Below are positions 19,878 to 32,154 of a stretch of 64,000 nt of DNA, in pieces. A model generated the notes under the pieces. That model was not told where the DNA came from. It did no database searches and saw only the letters and a program-made list of their open reading frames with translations. Origin of the DNA: Escherichia coli (GTDB taxonomy: Bacteria; Pseudomonadota; Gammaproteobacteria; Enterobacterales; Enterobacteriaceae); NCBI RefSeq assembly GCF_030013205.1, contig NZ_CP122648.1. One strand, given 5' to 3'. The first letter of the stretch is position 1. Each line of letters opens with the position of its first letter. The position numbers and the translations under genes are program-made.

Positions 19878-22490
19878 TCAAGCCAGTGCTTTGGTGATCT
19901 TCTCGTACAGATCGCCAGAGAGATTTTCCAGCCCTTTCAACTGTTCCAGCGCCGCACGCATTTTCTCCTGACGTTTGGCATCATAACGTTTCAGGCGAAT
20001 CAGCGGTTCAATCAGACGTGAAGCCACCTGCGGGTTACGGCTGTTGAGGTCGGTAAGCATTTCCACCAGGAACTGGTAACCGCTGCCATCTTCGGCATGG
20101 AACGCTGCCGGATTGCTGCCCGCAAACGCGCCAATCAACGAACGAATACGGTTCGGGTTGCTCATGGTAAATGAGCGATGCTGCAACAGACCGCGCACCG
20201 TCTCCAGCACATTCGCCGCCGGGCTGGTGGCTTGCAGGATAAACCATTTATCCATCACCAGACCATCCTGATGCCACTTGTCGTCGTACTCCTGCATCAG
20301 CGCGTCACGGCATGGCAGCTGTGCAGCAACCGCCGCAGAAAGCGCTGCCAGCGCATCGGTCATATTGTTCGCTTCGTGGAACTGCTTACTCACCAGCACA
20401 TCAGCCAGATGCGTTTCACCAAAAGCAAGGAAACGCAGGCAGGCATTACGCAGAGTGCGTTTTGCAATATCTTCATGCTCAACGCGGTACTCGCTCTGGT
20501 AATTCGCGTTGTAAATAGCCAGCAGCTCATCCGCCAGTTCAGTCGCCAGAGTACGGGTGAGTGCTTCACGCACTTCGGCAATGGCAATCGGGTCGATGAT
20601 ATCGAACAGTTCCGCCATTTCATTGACGGAAGGCAGCGTCAGAATTTCTGCCGCCAGCGCCGGATCGATTTTTTCATCCAGCAGCACCGCGCGGAAAGCG
20701 TCAGCCACATGCACCGGCAGAGACAGCGGCTGTCCTTGCTGATGACGGGCGACGTTCAGCTTGATGTAGGTTGCCAGCAGGCTTTGCGCCGCATCCCAGC
20801 GGGAGAAATCATTACGCGCATGACGCATCAGGAAGGTCAGTTGCTGATCGCTCCACTTATATTCCAGTTTCACTGGCGCAGAGAATTCGCACAACAGCGC
20901 AGGCACCGGCTGGAAGTAGACATTATCAAAGACAAAGGTCTGTTCCGCCTGGGTGACGTTCAGCACCGAATTGACCGGATGACCGCCTTTCTGCAACGGG
21001 ATCACTTTGCCTTCGTTATCATACAGTTCGATGGCAAACGGAATATGCAGCGGCTGTTTTTCTGCCTGATCCGGCGTAGCTGGCGTGCGCTGGCTGATGG
21101 TCAGGGTGTACTGCTCGGTTTCTGGATTGTAGTCGTCTTTGACGGTCACAACCGGCGTACCGGACTGGCTGTACCAACGGCGGAAATGAGAGAGATCGAC
21201 ATTCGATGCATCTTCCATCGCCTGCACAAAGTCGTCACAGGTCGCTGCACTACCATCATGACGCTCGAAATAAAGCTGCATCCCTTTCTGGAAGTTTTCT
21301 TCGCCCAGCAGGGTGTGGATCATGCGAATCACTTCCGCGCCCTTCTCGTAAACGGTCAGGGTGTAGAAGTTGTTCATCTCAATGACCATATCCGGGCGGA
21401 TCGGGTGCGCCATCGGGCTGGCGTCTTCCGCAAACTGCAATCCGCGCATGGTGCGCACGTTGTTGATACGGTTTACCGCGCGGGAACCAAGGTCAGAGCT
21501 GAATTCCTGATCGCGGAAGACGGTTAAACCTTCTTTCAGGCTGAGCTGGAACCAGTCGCGGCAGGTCACACGGTTACCGGTCCAGTTGTGGAAATATTCA
21601 TGGCCGATAACACGCTCAATATCGAGGTAATCTTTATCGGTGGCGGTGTCGGTACGGGCCAGCACATATTTGGAGTTAAAGATATTCAGACCTTTATTCT
21701 CCATTGCGCCCATATTGAAGAAATCCACCGCGACGATCATATAGATGTCGAGGTCATACTCCAGGCCGAAGCGTTCTTCATCCCATTTCATGGAGTTTTT
21801 CAGCGAGGTCATCGCCCACGGCGCGCGGTCGAGGTTGCCGCGATCGACGTACAACTCCAGCGCCACTTCGCGACCAGAACGCGTGGTGAAGGTGTCGCGC
21901 AGCACGTCGAAGTCGCCTGCAACCAGCGCAAACAGGTAGCACGGTTTCGGGAACGGGTCCTGCCACTGTACCCAGTGACGTCCGTTTTCCAGTTCGCCTT
22001 GCGCAACGCGGTTACCGTTGGAAAGCAGGAAGGGATATTTGGTTTTATCGGCAATAATTTTGGTGGTAAAACGCGCCAGTACGTCCGGGCGGTCGAGATA
22101 GTACGTAATGTGGCGGAAACCTTCAGCTTCACACTGGGTGCAAAGCGCATCGCCTGACTGATAAAGCCCTTCCAGCGCGGTATTCGTCGCCGGGCTAATT
22201 TCATTAACGATCTTAAGCGTAAAACGCTCCGGCAAATTACTGATGACCAGTGCGCCCTCTTCTTCTTTCCAGGCGGTCCACGGCTCATCATTAATATGAA
22301 CAGAAACCAGTTTAAGATCTTCGCCATCAAGACGAAGCGGAGCATCTGATGCACCATGACGGACAGCCTGGCTGACCGCGGTAACGACCGTCTTTTGCGC
22401 GTCCAGGTCAAAGGTCAAGTCAATATCAGTAATCTGGTAATCCGGCGCACGATAATCGTGACGGTATTTGGCTTGTGGCTGTTGAGTCAT
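19878..22490 (-). CDS. pepN: Aminopeptidase N
   Basis: 870-aa ORF MTQQPQAKYRHDYRAPDYQITDIDLTF... with M1 zinc-peptidase motif HEYFHNWTGN; matches E. coli PepN. Confidence 0.96.
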   Translation of the reverse strand: MTQQPQAKYRHDYRAPDYQITDIDLTFDLDAQKTVVTAVSQAVRHGASDAPLRLDGEDLKLVSVHINDEPWTAWKEEEGALVISNLPERFTLKIVNEISPATNTALEGLYQSGDALCTQCEAEGFRHITYYLDRPDVLARFTTKIIADKTKYPFLLSNGNRVAQGELENGRHWVQWQDPFPKPCYLFALVAGDFDVLRDTFTTRSGREVALELYVDRGNLDRAPWAMTSLKNSMKWDEERFGLEYDLDIYMIVAVDFFNMGAMENKGLNIFNSKYVLARTDTATDKDYLDIERVIGHEYFHNWTGNRVTCRDWFQLSLKEGLTVFRDQEFSSDLGSRAVNRINNVRTMRGLQFAEDASPMAHPIRPDMVIEMNNFYTLTVYEKGAEVIRMIHTLLGEENFQKGMQLYFERHDGSAATCDDFVQAMEDASNVDLSHFRRWYSQSGTPVVTVKDDYNPETEQYTLTISQRTPATPDQAEKQPLHIPFAIELYDNEGKVIPLQKGGHPVNSVLNVTQAEQTFVFDNVYFQPVPALLCEFSAPVKLEYKWSDQQLTFLMRHARNDFSRWDAAQSLLATYIKLNVARHQQGQPLSLPVHVADAFRAVLLDEKIDPALAAEILTLPSVNEMAELFDIIDPIAIAEVREALTRTLATELADELLAIYNANYQSEYRVEHEDIAKRTLRNACLRFLAFGETHLADVLVSKQFHEANNMTDALAALSAAVAAQLPCRDALMQEYDDKWHQDGLVMDKWFILQATSPAANVLETVRGLLQHRSFTMSNPNRIRSLIGAFAGSNPAAFHAEDGSGYQFLVEMLTDLNSRNPQVASRLIEPLIRLKRYDAKRQEKMRAALEQLKGLENLSGDLYEKITKALA

Positions 22491-22708
22491 AAATAACCTT
22501 TAGCATCTTTGATAGAGTCTGGTGTTCAGTCTATTCCTGTTGCGTAAATCGCGCTATGCAGAATCTTCATCTTTTCAGGTACAAACGCCTTTATTGCTAC
22601 ATTTTTATAACATACACCGCGTAATGCCATCGACTAGAAAGGTGGCATATGGTGTGATCGGGGTTCAATAAATTGCGAAACAAGGTATACTCCAGCAGTT
22701 CCTGAAGA

Positions 22709-22726
22709 TGTTTATTGTACTAAACG
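22709..22726 (+). promoter_or_regulatory. NadR operator (NAD box TGTTTA-N6-TAAACG) in pncB promoter
   Basis: Inverted repeat TGTTTATTGTACTAAACG about 30 bp upstream of pncB ATG, just downstream of a TATACT -10-like hexamer (22686..22691); pncB is a known NadR target. Confidence 0.5.
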
Positions 22727-22755
22727 CTCCTGTACGAGGACGCTACTGCGCACCT

Positions 22756-23958
22756 ATGACACAATTCGCTTCTCCTGTTCTGCACTCGTTGCTGGATACA
22801 GATGCTTATAAGTTGCATATGCAGCAAGCCGTGTTTCATCACTATTACGATGTGCATGTCGCGGCGGAGTTTCGTTGCCGAGGTGACGATCTGCTGGGTA
22901 TTTATGCCGATGCTATTCGTGAACAGGTTCAGGCGATGCAGTACCTGCGCCTGCAGGATGATGAATATCAGTGGCTCTCTGCCCTGCCTTTCTTTAAGGC
23001 CGACTATCTTAACTGGCTACGCGAGTTCCGCTTTAACCCGGAACAAGTCACCGTGTCCAACGATAATGGCAAGCTGGATATTCGTTTAAGCGGCCCGTGG
23101 CGTGAAGTCATCCTCTGGGAAGTTCCTTTGCTGGCGGTTATCAGTGAAATGGTACATCGCTATCGCTCACCGCAGGCCGACGTTGCGCAAGCCCTCGACA
23201 CGCTGGAAAGCAAATTAGCCGACTTCTCGGCATTAACCGCCGGTCTTGATATGTCGCGCTTCCATCTGATGGATTTTGGCACCCGCCGACGTTTTTCTCG
23301 TGAAGTACAAGAAACCATCGTGAAACGTCTCCAACAGGAATCCTGGTTCGTGGGCACCAGCAACTACGATCTGGCGCGTCGGCTTTCCCTCACGCCAATG
23401 GGAACACAAGCACACGAATGGTTCCAGGCGCATCAGCAAATCAGTCCGGATCTTGCCAACAGCCAGCGAGCTGCACTTGCTGCCTGGCTGGAAGAATATC
23501 CCGACCAACTTGGCATTGCGTTAACCGACTGTATTACCATGGATGCTTTCCTGCGTGATTTCGGTGTCGAGTTCGCCAGCCGCTATCAGGGCCTGCGTCA
23601 TGACTCCGGCGACCCGGTTGAATGGGGTGAAAAAGCCATTGCACATTATAAGAAGCTGGGAATTGATCCACAGAGTAAAACGCTGGTTTTCTCTGACAAT
23701 CTGGATTTACGCAAAGCGGTTGAGCTATACCGCCACTTCTCTTCCCGCGTGCAATTAAGTTTTGGTATTGGGACTCGCCTGACCTGCGATATCCCCCAGG
23801 TAAAACCCCTGAATATTGTCATTAAGTTGGTTGAGTGTAACGGTAAACCGGTGGCGAAACTTTCTGACAGCCCTGGCAAAACTATCTGCCACGATAAAGC
23901 GTTTGTTCGGGCGCTGCGCAAAGCGTTCGACCTTCCGCATATTAAAAAAGCCAGTTAA
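22756..23958 (+). CDS. pncB: Nicotinate phosphoribosyltransferase PncB
   Basis: ORF track 22708..23958 trimmed to ATG at 22756 ([26 protein letters not shown]...); 400 aa; matches E. coli PncB. Confidence 0.94.
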   Translation: MTQFASPVLHSLLDTDAYKLHMQQAVFHHYYDVHVAAEFRCRGDDLLGIYADAIREQVQAMQYLRLQDDEYQWLSALPFFKADYLNWLREFRFNPEQVTVSNDNGKLDIRLSGPWREVILWEVPLLAVISEMVHRYRSPQADVAQALDTLESKLADFSALTAGLDMSRFHLMDFGTRRRFSREVQETIVKRLQQESWFVGTSNYDLARRLSLTPMGTQAHEWFQAHQQISPDLANSQRAALAAWLEEYPDQLGIALTDCITMDAFLRDFGVEFASRYQGLRHDSGDPVEWGEKAIAHYKKLGIDPQSKTLVFSDNLDLRKAVELYRHFSSRVQLSFGIGTRLTCDIPQVKPLNIVIKLVECNGKPVAKLSDSPGKTICHDKAFVRALRKAFDLPHIKKAS

Positions 23959-23965
23959 TATCATC

Positions 23966-23991
23966 AGGGAGCTAATCGGCTCCCTTTTTTT
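23966..23991 (+). terminator. Rho-independent terminator downstream of pncB
   Basis: Stem AGGGAGC / GCTCCCT with 5-nt loop followed by T7 run immediately after pncB stop. Confidence 0.7.
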
Positions 23992-24126
23992 ACCTTTAAT
24001 TCCGAAATCTTTCGCTGCATTTGCGAATTCTGCTTGTCTGATTGCAGATGCCAGGTAACATAGGTATCCCCCCATTTACGGGTGGACAAGTGTTTATTTT
24101 TTCCGACTATTAACAGAGAGAATATT

Positions 24127-25527
24127 ATGAGCGTTGTGCCTGTAGCCGACGTACTCCAGGGCCGCGTAGCCGTTGACAGCGAAGTCACCGTGCGCGGATG
24201 GGTACGTACCCGCCGAGATTCAAAAGCTGGCATCTCCTTCCTCGCCGTTTATGACGGTTCCTGCTTTGATCCTGTACAGGCTGTCATCAATAATTCTCTG
24301 CCCAATTACAATGAAGACGTCCTGCGTCTGACCACCGGTTGCTCAGTCATTGTGACGGGTAAAGTCGTGGCATCGCCGGGCCAGGGGCAACAATTTGAAA
24401 TTCAGGCCAGCAAGGTTGAAGTTGCTGGTTGGGTTGAAGATCCAGACACTTACCCGATGGCGGCAAAACGCCACAGCATTGAGTATCTGCGTGAAGTCGC
24501 TCACCTGCGTCCGCGCACAAACCTGATTGGTGCCGTCGCGCGCGTTCGCCATACGCTGGCGCAGGCGCTGCATCGCTTCTTTAACGAGCAGGGATTCTTC
24601 TGGGTTTCAACGCCACTGATTACTGCGTCTGATACCGAAGGGGCTGGCGAAATGTTCCGCGTTTCTACGCTGGATCTGGAAAACCTGCCGCGTAACGATC
24701 AGGGCAAAGTGGATTTCGACAAAGACTTCTTTGGTAAAGAGTCTTTCCTGACCGTATCTGGCCAGTTGAACGGCGAAACCTACGCTTGCGCATTATCCAA
24801 AATTTATACCTTCGGCCCGACTTTCCGTGCTGAAAACTCCAACACCAGCCGTCACCTGGCGGAATTCTGGATGCTGGAGCCGGAAGTGGCGTTTGCTAAC
24901 CTGAACGATATCGCGGGTCTGGCTGAAGCCATGCTGAAATATGTCTTCAAAGCGGTTCTCGAAGAACGCGCTGACGACATGAAATTCTTCGCTGAACGCG
25001 TAGATAAAGATGCCGTTTCACGTCTGGAACGCTTCATTGAAGCCGATTTTGCGCAGGTGGATTACACCGACGCAGTGACCATTCTCGAAAACTGCGGCAG
25101 GAAGTTTGAAAACCCAGTTTACTGGGGCGTTGATCTCTCTTCTGAGCATGAGCGTTATCTGGCGGAAGAACACTTTAAAGCACCGGTAGTGGTTAAAAAC
25201 TATCCGAAAGATATTAAAGCGTTCTATATGCGCCTTAACGAAGACGGTAAAACCGTTGCGGCTATGGACGTTCTGGCTCCGGGCATCGGTGAGATCATTG
25301 GTGGCTCCCAGCGTGAAGAACGTCTGGACGTGCTGGACGAGCGTATGCTGGAAATGGGCCTGAATAAAGAAGATTACTGGTGGTATCGCGATCTGCGTCG
25401 CTACGGTACTGTTCCGCATTCAGGTTTCGGTCTTGGTTTTGAACGCCTGATTGCTTACGTAACTGGTGTGCAAAACGTGCGTGATGTGATTCCGTTCCCA
25501 CGTACTCCGCGTAACGCCAGCTTCTAA
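24127..25527 (+). CDS. asnS: Asparaginyl-tRNA synthetase
   Basis: ORF track 24082..25527 trimmed to ATG at 24127 ([35 protein letters not shown]...); 466 aa; class II aaRS motifs; matches E. coli AsnS. Confidence 0.95.
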
Positions 25528-25540
25528 TTTAGCGTCTTCA

Positions 25541-25569
25541 AGAGCCAGCACCCGCTGGCTCTTTTTTTA
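25541..25569 (+). terminator. Rho-independent terminator downstream of asnS
   Basis: Perfect 9-bp stem AGAGCCAGC / GCTGGCTCT with ACCC loop followed by T7 run. Confidence 0.75.
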
Positions 25570-25914
25570 TCCTTTCTGTCAAGTTATCTGTTTGTTAAGT
25601 CAAGCAATCTATTTGCAACCCCGCCATAACGATCATCCTGTTACGGAATATTACATTGCAACATTTACGCACAAAAAATAACCCGCATTCTTATTGCGGA
25701 TTAGTTTTTTCTTAGCTGATAGCACAATTTTCATACTATTTTTTGGCATTCTGGATGTCTGAAAGAGGATTTTGTGCCAGGTCGATAAAGTTTCCATCAG
25801 AAACAAAATTTCCGTTTAGTTAATTTAAATATAAGGAAATCATATAAATAGATAAAAATTGCTGTAAATATCATCACGCCTCTATGGAAATATGACGGTG
25901 TTCACAAAGTTCCT

Positions 25915-25980
25915 TAATTTTTACTTTTAGTTACATATTTTTTCTTTTTGAAACCAAATCTTTATCTTTGTAGCACTTTC
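25915..25980 (+). promoter_or_regulatory. ompF upstream OmpR-binding region (F1-F3-like sites)
   Basis: AT-rich block TTTTACTTTTAGTTACATATTTTTTCTTTTTGAAACCAAATCTTTATCTTTGTAGCACTTTC about 150-210 bp upstream of ompF ATG, matching the recalled OmpR F1-F3 sites of the ompF promoter; exact site limits not resolved. Confidence 0.5.
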
Positions 25981-26129
25981 ACGGTAGCGAAACGTTAGTT
26001 TGAATGGAAAGATGCCTGCAGACACATAAAGACACCAAACTCTCATCAATAGTTCCGTAAATTTTTATTGACAGAACTTATTGACGGCAGTGGCAGGTGT
26101 CATAAAAAAAACCATGAGGGTAATAAATA

Positions 26130-27218
26130 ATGATGAAGCGCAATATTCTGGCAGTGATCGTCCCTGCTCTGTTAGTAGCAGGTACTGCAAACGCTGCAGA
26201 AATCTATAACAAAGATGGCAACAAAGTAGATCTGTACGGTAAAGCTGTCGGTCTGCATTATTTCTCCAAGGGTAACGGTGAAAACAGTTACGGTGGCAAT
26301 GGTGACATGACCTATGCCCGTCTTGGTTTTAAAGGGGAAACTCAAATCAATTCCGATCTGACCGGTTATGGTCAGTGGGAATATAACTTCCAGGGTAACA
26401 ACTCTGAAGGCGCTGACGCTCAAACTGGTAACAAAACGCGTCTGGCATTCGCGGGTCTTAAATACGCTGACGTTGGTTCTTTCGATTACGGCCGTAACTA
26501 CGGTGTGGTTTATGATGCACTGGGTTACACCGATATGCTGCCAGAATTTGGTGGTGATACTGCATACAGCGATGACTTCTTCGTTGGTCGTGTTGGCGGC
26601 GTTGCTACCTATCGTAACTCCAACTTCTTTGGTCTGGTTGATGGCCTGAACTTTGCTGTTCAGTACCTGGGTAAAAACGAGCGTGACACTGCACGCCGCT
26701 CTAACGGCGACGGTGTTGGTGGTTCTATCAGCTACGAATACGAAGGCTTTGGTATCGTTGGTGCCTATGGCGCCGCTGACCGTACCAACCTGCAAGAAGC
26801 TCAACCTCTTGGCAACGGTAAAAAAGCTGAACAGTGGGCTACTGGTCTGAAGTATGACGCGAACAACATCTACCTGGCAGCGAACTACGGTGAAACCCGT
26901 AACGCTACGCCGATCACTAATAAATTTACAAACATCAGCGGCTTCGCCAACAAAACGCAAGACGTTCTGTTAGTTGCGCAATACCAGTTCGATTTCGGTC
27001 TGCGTCCGTCCATCGCTTACACCAAATCTAAAGCGAAAGACGTAGAAGGTATCGGTGATGTTGATCTGGTGAACTACTTTGAAGTGGGCGCAACCTACTA
27101 CTTCAACAAAAACATGTCCACCTATGTTGACTACATCATCAACCAGATCGATTCTGACAACAAACTGGGCGTAGGTTCTGACGACACCGTTGCTGTGGGT
27201 ATCGTTTACCAGTTCTAA
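26130..27218 (+). CDS. ompF: Outer membrane porin OmpF
   Basis: 362-aa [41 protein letters not shown]... ending ...VGIVYQF; essentially identical to E. coli K-12 OmpF. Confidence 0.97.
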   Translation: MMKRNILAVIVPALLVAGTANAAEIYNKDGNKVDLYGKAVGLHYFSKGNGENSYGGNGDMTYARLGFKGETQINSDLTGYGQWEYNFQGNNSEGADAQTGNKTRLAFAGLKYADVGSFDYGRNYGVVYDALGYTDMLPEFGGDTAYSDDFFVGRVGGVATYRNSNFFGLVDGLNFAVQYLGKNERDTARRSNGDGVGGSISYEYEGFGIVGAYGAADRTNLQEAQPLGNGKKAEQWATGLKYDANNIYLAANYGETRNATPITNKFTNISGFANKTQDVLLVAQYQFDFGLRPSIAYTKSKAKDVEGIGDVDLVNYFEVGATYYFNKNMSTYVDYIINQIDSDNKLGVGSDDTVAVGIVYQF

Positions 27219-27243
27219 TAGCACACCTCTTTGTTAAATGCCG

Positions 27244-27273
27244 AAAAAACAGGACTTTGGTCCTGTTTTTTTT
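27244..27273 (+). terminator. Rho-independent terminator downstream of ompF
   Basis: Stem AAACAGGAC / GTCCTGTTT with 4-nt loop followed by a long T run. Confidence 0.75.
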
Positions 27274-27402
27274 ATGCCTTCCAGAGCAATCTCACGTCTT
27301 GCAAAAACAGCCTGCGTTTTCATCAGTAATAGTTGGAATTTTGTAAATCTCCCGTTACCCTGATAGCGGACTTCCCTTCTGTAACCATAATGGAACCTCG
27401 TC

Positions 27403-28593
27403 ATGTTTGAGAACATTACCGCCGCTCCTGCCGACCCGATTCTGGGCCTGGCCGATCTGTTTCGTGCCGATGAACGTCCCGGCAAAATTAACCTCGGGAT
27501 TGGTGTCTATAAAGATGAGACGGGCAAAACCCCGGTACTGACCAGCGTGAAAAAGGCTGAACAGTATCTGCTCGAAAATGAAACCACCAAAAATTACCTC
27601 GGCATTGACGGCATCCCTGAATTTGGTCGCTGCACTCAGGAACTGCTGTTTGGTAAAGGTAGCGCCCTGATCAATGACAAACGTGCTCGCACGGCACAGA
27701 CTCCGGGTGGCACTGGCGCACTACGCGTGGCTGCCGATTTCCTGGCAAAAAATACCAGCGTTAAGCGTGTGTGGGTGAGCAACCCAAGCTGGCCGAACCA
27801 TAAGAGCGTCTTTAACTCTGCAGGTCTGGAAGTTCGTGAATACGCTTATTATGATGCGGAAAATCACACCCTTGACTTCGATGCACTGATTAACAGCCTG
27901 AACGAAGCTCAGGCTGGCGACGTGGTGCTGTTCCATGGCTGCTGCCATAACCCAACCGGTATCGACCCTACGCTGGAACAATGGCAGACACTGGCACAAC
28001 TTTCCGTTGAGAAAGGCTGGTTACCGCTGTTTGACTTCGCTTACCAGGGGTTTGCCCGTGGTCTGGAAGAAGATGCTGAAGGACTGCGCGCTTTCGCGGC
28101 TATGCATAAAGAGCTGATTGTTGCCAGTTCCTACTCTAAAAACTTTGGCCTGTACAACGAGCGTGTTGGCGCTTGTACTCTGGTTGCTGCTGACAGTGAA
28201 ACCGTTGATCGCGCATTCAGCCAAATGAAAGCGGCGATTCGCGCTAACTACTCTAACCCACCAGCACACGGCGCTTCTGTTGTTGCCACCATCCTGAGCA
28301 ACGATGCGTTACGTGCGATTTGGGAACAAGAACTGACTGATATGCGCCAGCGTATTCAGCGTATGCGTCAGTTGTTCGTCAATACGCTGCAGGAAAAAGG
28401 CGCAAACCGCGACTTCAGCTTTATCATCAAACAGAACGGCATGTTCTCCTTCAGTGGTCTGACAAAAGAACAAGTGCTGCGTCTGCGCGAAGAGTTTGGC
28501 GTGTATGCTGTTGCTTCTGGTCGTGTGAACGTAGCCGGGATGACACCAGATAACATGGCTCCGCTGTGCGAAGCGATTGTGGCAGTGCTGTAA
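27403..28593 (+). CDS. aspC: Aspartate aminotransferase
   Basis: 396-aa [57 protein letters not shown]...; PLP-lysine motif [14 protein letters not shown]; matches E. coli AspC. Confidence 0.96.
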   Translation: MFENITAAPADPILGLADLFRADERPGKINLGIGVYKDETGKTPVLTSVKKAEQYLLENETTKNYLGIDGIPEFGRCTQELLFGKGSALINDKRARTAQTPGGTGALRVAADFLAKNTSVKRVWVSNPSWPNHKSVFNSAGLEVREYAYYDAENHTLDFDALINSLNEAQAGDVVLFHGCCHNPTGIDPTLEQWQTLAQLSVEKGWLPLFDFAYQGFARGLEEDAEGLRAFAAMHKELIVASSYSKNFGLYNERVGACTLVAADSETVDRAFSQMKAAIRANYSNPPAHGASVVATILSNDALRAIWEQELTDMRQRIQRMRQLFVNTLQEKGANRDFSFIIKQNGMFSFSGLTKEQVLRLREEFGVYAVASGRVNVAGMTPDNMAPLCEAIVAVL

Positions 28594-28608
28594 GCGTTAA
28601 AAACAATG

Positions 28609-28636
28609 AAGCCCGCTTGAAAAGCGGGCTTTTTTA
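28609..28636. terminator. Terminator hairpin between convergent aspC and gloC (ycbL)
   Basis: 10-bp stem AAGCCCGCTT / AAGCGGGCTT with short loop followed by T6 on plus strand; fills the aspC-ycbL gap. Confidence 0.7.
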
Positions 28637-28643
28637 TGCGCCT

Positions 28644-29291
28644 TTACCAGACGGGCATTTCGTCTTGCAGGAAGGGATTATGCAGGCGCTCATAACCAAG
28701 TGTGGATAATGGTCCGTGACCCGGAATAAATGTCACGTCATCCCCCAGTGGCAGCAACTTATCTTTGATTGAAGAAATCAGTTGATTATGATCGCCACGC
28801 GGGAAGTCACTGCGCCCTATTCCGCCTTTGAAAATAACGTCGCCAGAAATCAGCAGCCTTGCCCGATCATCAAAAAACACGACATGACCCGGCGTATGCC
28901 CAGGGCAATGTAACACCTGTAAAGCCACATTCCCTATGCTGATGGTATCGCCTTCGTTCAGCCAACGATCCGGCGTCAACGGCTGGCACTCTTCCAGACC
29001 AAACATACGACTTTGTGCAGGCAAGCCTTGCAGCCAGAACTCATCTTCTTTTTCCGGGCCAAAAACCGGCACGCCGTAATGTTGCGCCAGTTCCGCCGCT
29101 GCACCAACGTGGTCCAGATGACCATGCGTCAGCAGGATCTGCATCAGTGTCAGGCCGCTGGCGTCAACTTCCTGTTTGATTTTTTCCGCATCGCCGCCAG
29201 GATCGACCAGTGCGGCCAGACGGGTTTGTTCACACCAGATCAATGAACAGTTCTGGGAGAATGCGGTGACCGGAATAATACGATAGTTCAT
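28644..29291 (-). CDS. gloC: Metallo-beta-lactamase-fold hydroxyacylglutathione hydrolase GloC (YcbL)
   Basis: 215-aa [25 protein letters not shown]... with HxHxDH metal-binding motif (THGHLDHVG); matches E. coli YcbL. Confidence 0.92.
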   Translation of the reverse strand: MNYRIIPVTAFSQNCSLIWCEQTRLAALVDPGGDAEKIKQEVDASGLTLMQILLTHGHLDHVGAAAELAQHYGVPVFGPEKEDEFWLQGLPAQSRMFGLEECQPLTPDRWLNEGDTISIGNVALQVLHCPGHTPGHVVFFDDRARLLISGDVIFKGGIGRSDFPRGDHNQLISSIKDKLLPLGDDVTFIPGHGPLSTLGYERLHNPFLQDEMPVW

Positions 29292-29317
29292 ACTGCCCCT
29301 GTTTCGTTAAGCGATTG

Positions 29318-29866
29318 CTACCAGTGCCGTGCTGGCCCGGTATCAATATGCACAAAGTTACTACGTGGGTAATATCCTACACCACCTGCGCGCATAGATA
29401 ACGCGGCTTTGCGAATATTGCTTAACGCGATACCTTCAATATGGAAATCCATCGCCTGCCCTTTCGTGTGATAGCTTTTCTTCGCTACTCCACGGCTGCG
29501 GGCGCGTAGTTCATTGTTGGTATCAATGGAACGATAACCGGAAATGAGTTGCACCGGTTTGCGGGTACCTAATAACCCTTGCAGGCGATACAACTGATCG
29601 AACAATCCTGGGTCGATGGACTTTATTTTGTTCGCGCGGTAATCGCGGAAAAAATGGTTAAGTTTTGCCAATTCTTCCTGAATATAGCCTCTGCCATCGA
29701 AAAACTCCGCTTTGATTGACTCTCCGGTATGAAGATTATTGAGTGTCAAAATGCGCGGGCGTGGGGTAGAGAGTGTTGCAAACGCAGGGGTCGGCAGGAT
29801 GGCGGCACCGAGTGCAACGCCACCAAGCGCCAGCAGTTTGCGGCGATTAGCGTCGAATTTGTCCAT
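29318..29866 (-). CDS. mepK: Murein DD-endopeptidase-like protein MepK (YcbK), Tat-signal periplasmic protein
   Basis: ORF track 29318..29875 trimmed to ATG at 29866 (MDKFDANRRKLLALGGVALGAAILPTPAFA, twin-arginine-like signal); 182 aa; matches E. coli YcbK. Confidence 0.9.
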   Translation of the reverse strand: MDKFDANRRKLLALGGVALGAAILPTPAFATLSTPRPRILTLNNLHTGESIKAEFFDGRGYIQEELAKLNHFFRDYRANKIKSIDPGLFDQLYRLQGLLGTRKPVQLISGYRSIDTNNELRARSRGVAKKSYHTKGQAMDFHIEGIALSNIRKAALSMRAGGVGYYPRSNFVHIDTGPARHW

Positions 29867-30046
29867 GATAATCAAGTCTACAGGTCAATGTTATCGTTTA
29901 TATGCACTTCTGGCGCACAAGAGGCACCTTAACCGTCAGTAAAGCTGACGTCAAGATGACTCAACCCCAGCAGTGACGGGGGCTGCAGAGAATCGCCCCC
30001 GATCATGCTAATTATTACGACAACTGATTTCCCCGAACTGCTTCAT

Positions 30047-31894
30047 TTACCTGATTAATTGTTCCGCTTTCGATATGATTTGCGAGCTGGATCGCGCAGG
30101 CAGATCATAATTGTAAATATCTGTACGATACTGGGTACGACCATCTGCACCAACAAAGGCAGTCAGGTAGTAGAGATTCACCGGAATCGACTGCCGAATA
30201 TTGACGTAACGCGTATCGCCCTGCTTCAGCGCATCAGAAATACGTTTGTCATTCCATCCTGCATCTTGCAACAGCATATTCGCCAGATCGGAAGCTTTAT
30301 TCACTCGTACACAGCCTGAGCTCAATGCGCGTGTATCACGCTTGAACAGATTGTGGTTCGGCGTGTCATGCAAATAAATGGCCTCTGAACTCGGCATATT
30401 GAATTTATAGCGCCCCAGCGAGTTCCGTGGGCCTGGAGCCTGCTGGAAGCGAAACGGTAAATTCGAGGCCGTGATTGTAGACCAGTCAACCTGCCATGGG
30501 TCAATCGCTTCTCTGCTGTTCCAGCCGCGCATCACCGTATAGCCATGGCTTTCGAGATATCCCGGATCGTTGCGCACTTTCGGCAGAATATCTTTGCGTG
30601 CCAGAGTTGGTGGTACGTTCCACGGCGGGTTTACCACTACGTTGTTAAGTGCACTGCTCATCATCGGCGTTTTGCGATCGGGGCGACCGACAATGACTCG
30701 CGAATCCAGCACCTGATTGCCGTTCTGATAGTAGACCAGCGAATAGGCCGGAATGTTAACCATGATCCCGGTAGAAAGCTCTGTTGGCAGCAAGCGCAAT
30801 CGCTGGATGTTGAGTGCCAACACGCCAGCACGCTGGGCGGGCGTTACGTTTAACCAGTCACGCGTTGCCGGGCCAATAGCGCCATCTGCTCCCAATCCTT
30901 GCCATGCCTGAAAACGTTTAACGGCCTGCACCAGTTCATTATCGTAGGCGGCACGAACGGCAGGCGCAGGTTTACTACGAGACGTCGTTTGCTTGTCCAT
31001 CGGCTTAGTTTCTGCTGTTTCAACAGTAACAGCGGATGGGCTGACTACTGCGTCAGTTGGCGTGTCATCGCCAGGGAGAGTAATTTTTGGCCCCCCGTCC
31101 AACATGCCTGTGCGTTGCAATATTTCGCGCAACGCCGGTACGTCGTTACTCCACTGCCCTGGGCGCAACGTTGCTTTACCGGTCAGTTGAGGCCACGGTT
31201 TGGTGTCACTGAGTAAGGCCAGTAACGATTCATGCATCGCCGCATATTGCGGATGCTGCGGTGCCAGTCCTGCAACAAACGTCGGCAATTGACCTTTATC
31301 CAGCGCCAGCTGCCATTGGTTAATCACCGAAAGCGGCGGCGTTGCAAGCGCATAAGGTTTACTGCTATATAGCCAGCGAGTGCCTTTGACCGGAATATTT
31401 GCAATGAAATGGAGATAGCCCATCATCGCATCAGAGAGCACGACGTCGCGTGCCATCCCGTTAACACCAGGATCGGTCAGTAACTCTACCCATTTATTAA
31501 ACTGCGGCTGGAAACCGGCAATCGCCACCTCTGCCAGCTGTTGCTGGAAGGCTTTAACAGCATCACGGTTTTCCCACATGGGTTGCATATCGCGTGCGGC
31601 ATACAACAGTTGAAGCTGGTTAAGATAAACCGGCTTATAACCTGCGGGTAATTGAGATTCGATTTGCGTGCGGGCCTTTTCTGCCGCACCTTCAGGCAAT
31701 GGCTGGATCCCCGCCATTATTGCCGTGGCTTGCGCCTGCGGCAGTGCCTCGCCCTGTTCACTGACAGCCACCGGGCTGTCGCCAGGGATTACTTCAGGCT
31801 CATCGGCCTGCGCATTGAACAGTGGAGCGAATGTTACGGCCAGGCACAAACTGATTGCCGACAGCCGACGACCACACATCATATTAAGCAACAT
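30047..31894 (-). CDS. ldtD: L,D-transpeptidase LdtD (YcbB)
   Basis: 615-aa [33 protein letters not shown]...; YkuD-type catalytic motif (HDTPNHNLF...SSGCVRV); matches E. coli LdtD. Confidence 0.94.
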   Translation of the reverse strand: MLLNMMCGRRLSAISLCLAVTFAPLFNAQADEPEVIPGDSPVAVSEQGEALPQAQATAIMAGIQPLPEGAAEKARTQIESQLPAGYKPVYLNQLQLLYAARDMQPMWENRDAVKAFQQQLAEVAIAGFQPQFNKWVELLTDPGVNGMARDVVLSDAMMGYLHFIANIPVKGTRWLYSSKPYALATPPLSVINQWQLALDKGQLPTFVAGLAPQHPQYAAMHESLLALLSDTKPWPQLTGKATLRPGQWSNDVPALREILQRTGMLDGGPKITLPGDDTPTDAVVSPSAVTVETAETKPMDKQTTSRSKPAPAVRAAYDNELVQAVKRFQAWQGLGADGAIGPATRDWLNVTPAQRAGVLALNIQRLRLLPTELSTGIMVNIPAYSLVYYQNGNQVLDSRVIVGRPDRKTPMMSSALNNVVVNPPWNVPPTLARKDILPKVRNDPGYLESHGYTVMRGWNSREAIDPWQVDWSTITASNLPFRFQQAPGPRNSLGRYKFNMPSSEAIYLHDTPNHNLFKRDTRALSSGCVRVNKASDLANMLLQDAGWNDKRISDALKQGDTRYVNIRQSIPVNLYYLTAFVGADGRTQYRTDIYNYDLPARSSSQIISKAEQLIR

Positions 31895-32116
31895 CCCTTG
31901 CCCCCTGTTTTTATCATACTCTGAATAGCCAGGCTGTTATTTTACGACTTGCCTGTACAACGCCAATACTCACGAAAGTATGACGAGCAAGCCTGTTACT
32001 CATCAGGCTTATCTTCAGTATATAAACGCCGATACGTTTTTACATAACCTAATGTAAAGAAGTTTAAAGAAAAGCGCGCCGTAATGTGCCACTTTTTTAG
32101 TGCAGAAACGGAGTTT

Positions 32117-32150
32117 TCGGAAAAAGAAAAGGCGGCATTGCTGCCGCCTT
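32117..32150 (-). terminator. Rho-independent terminator downstream of mukB
   Basis: Perfect 9-bp stem AAGGCGGCA / TGCCGCCTT with 4-nt loop, followed on minus strand by UUUUCUUUUU; begins 5 bp after mukB stop. Confidence 0.7.
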
Positions 32151-32154
32151 AAAC

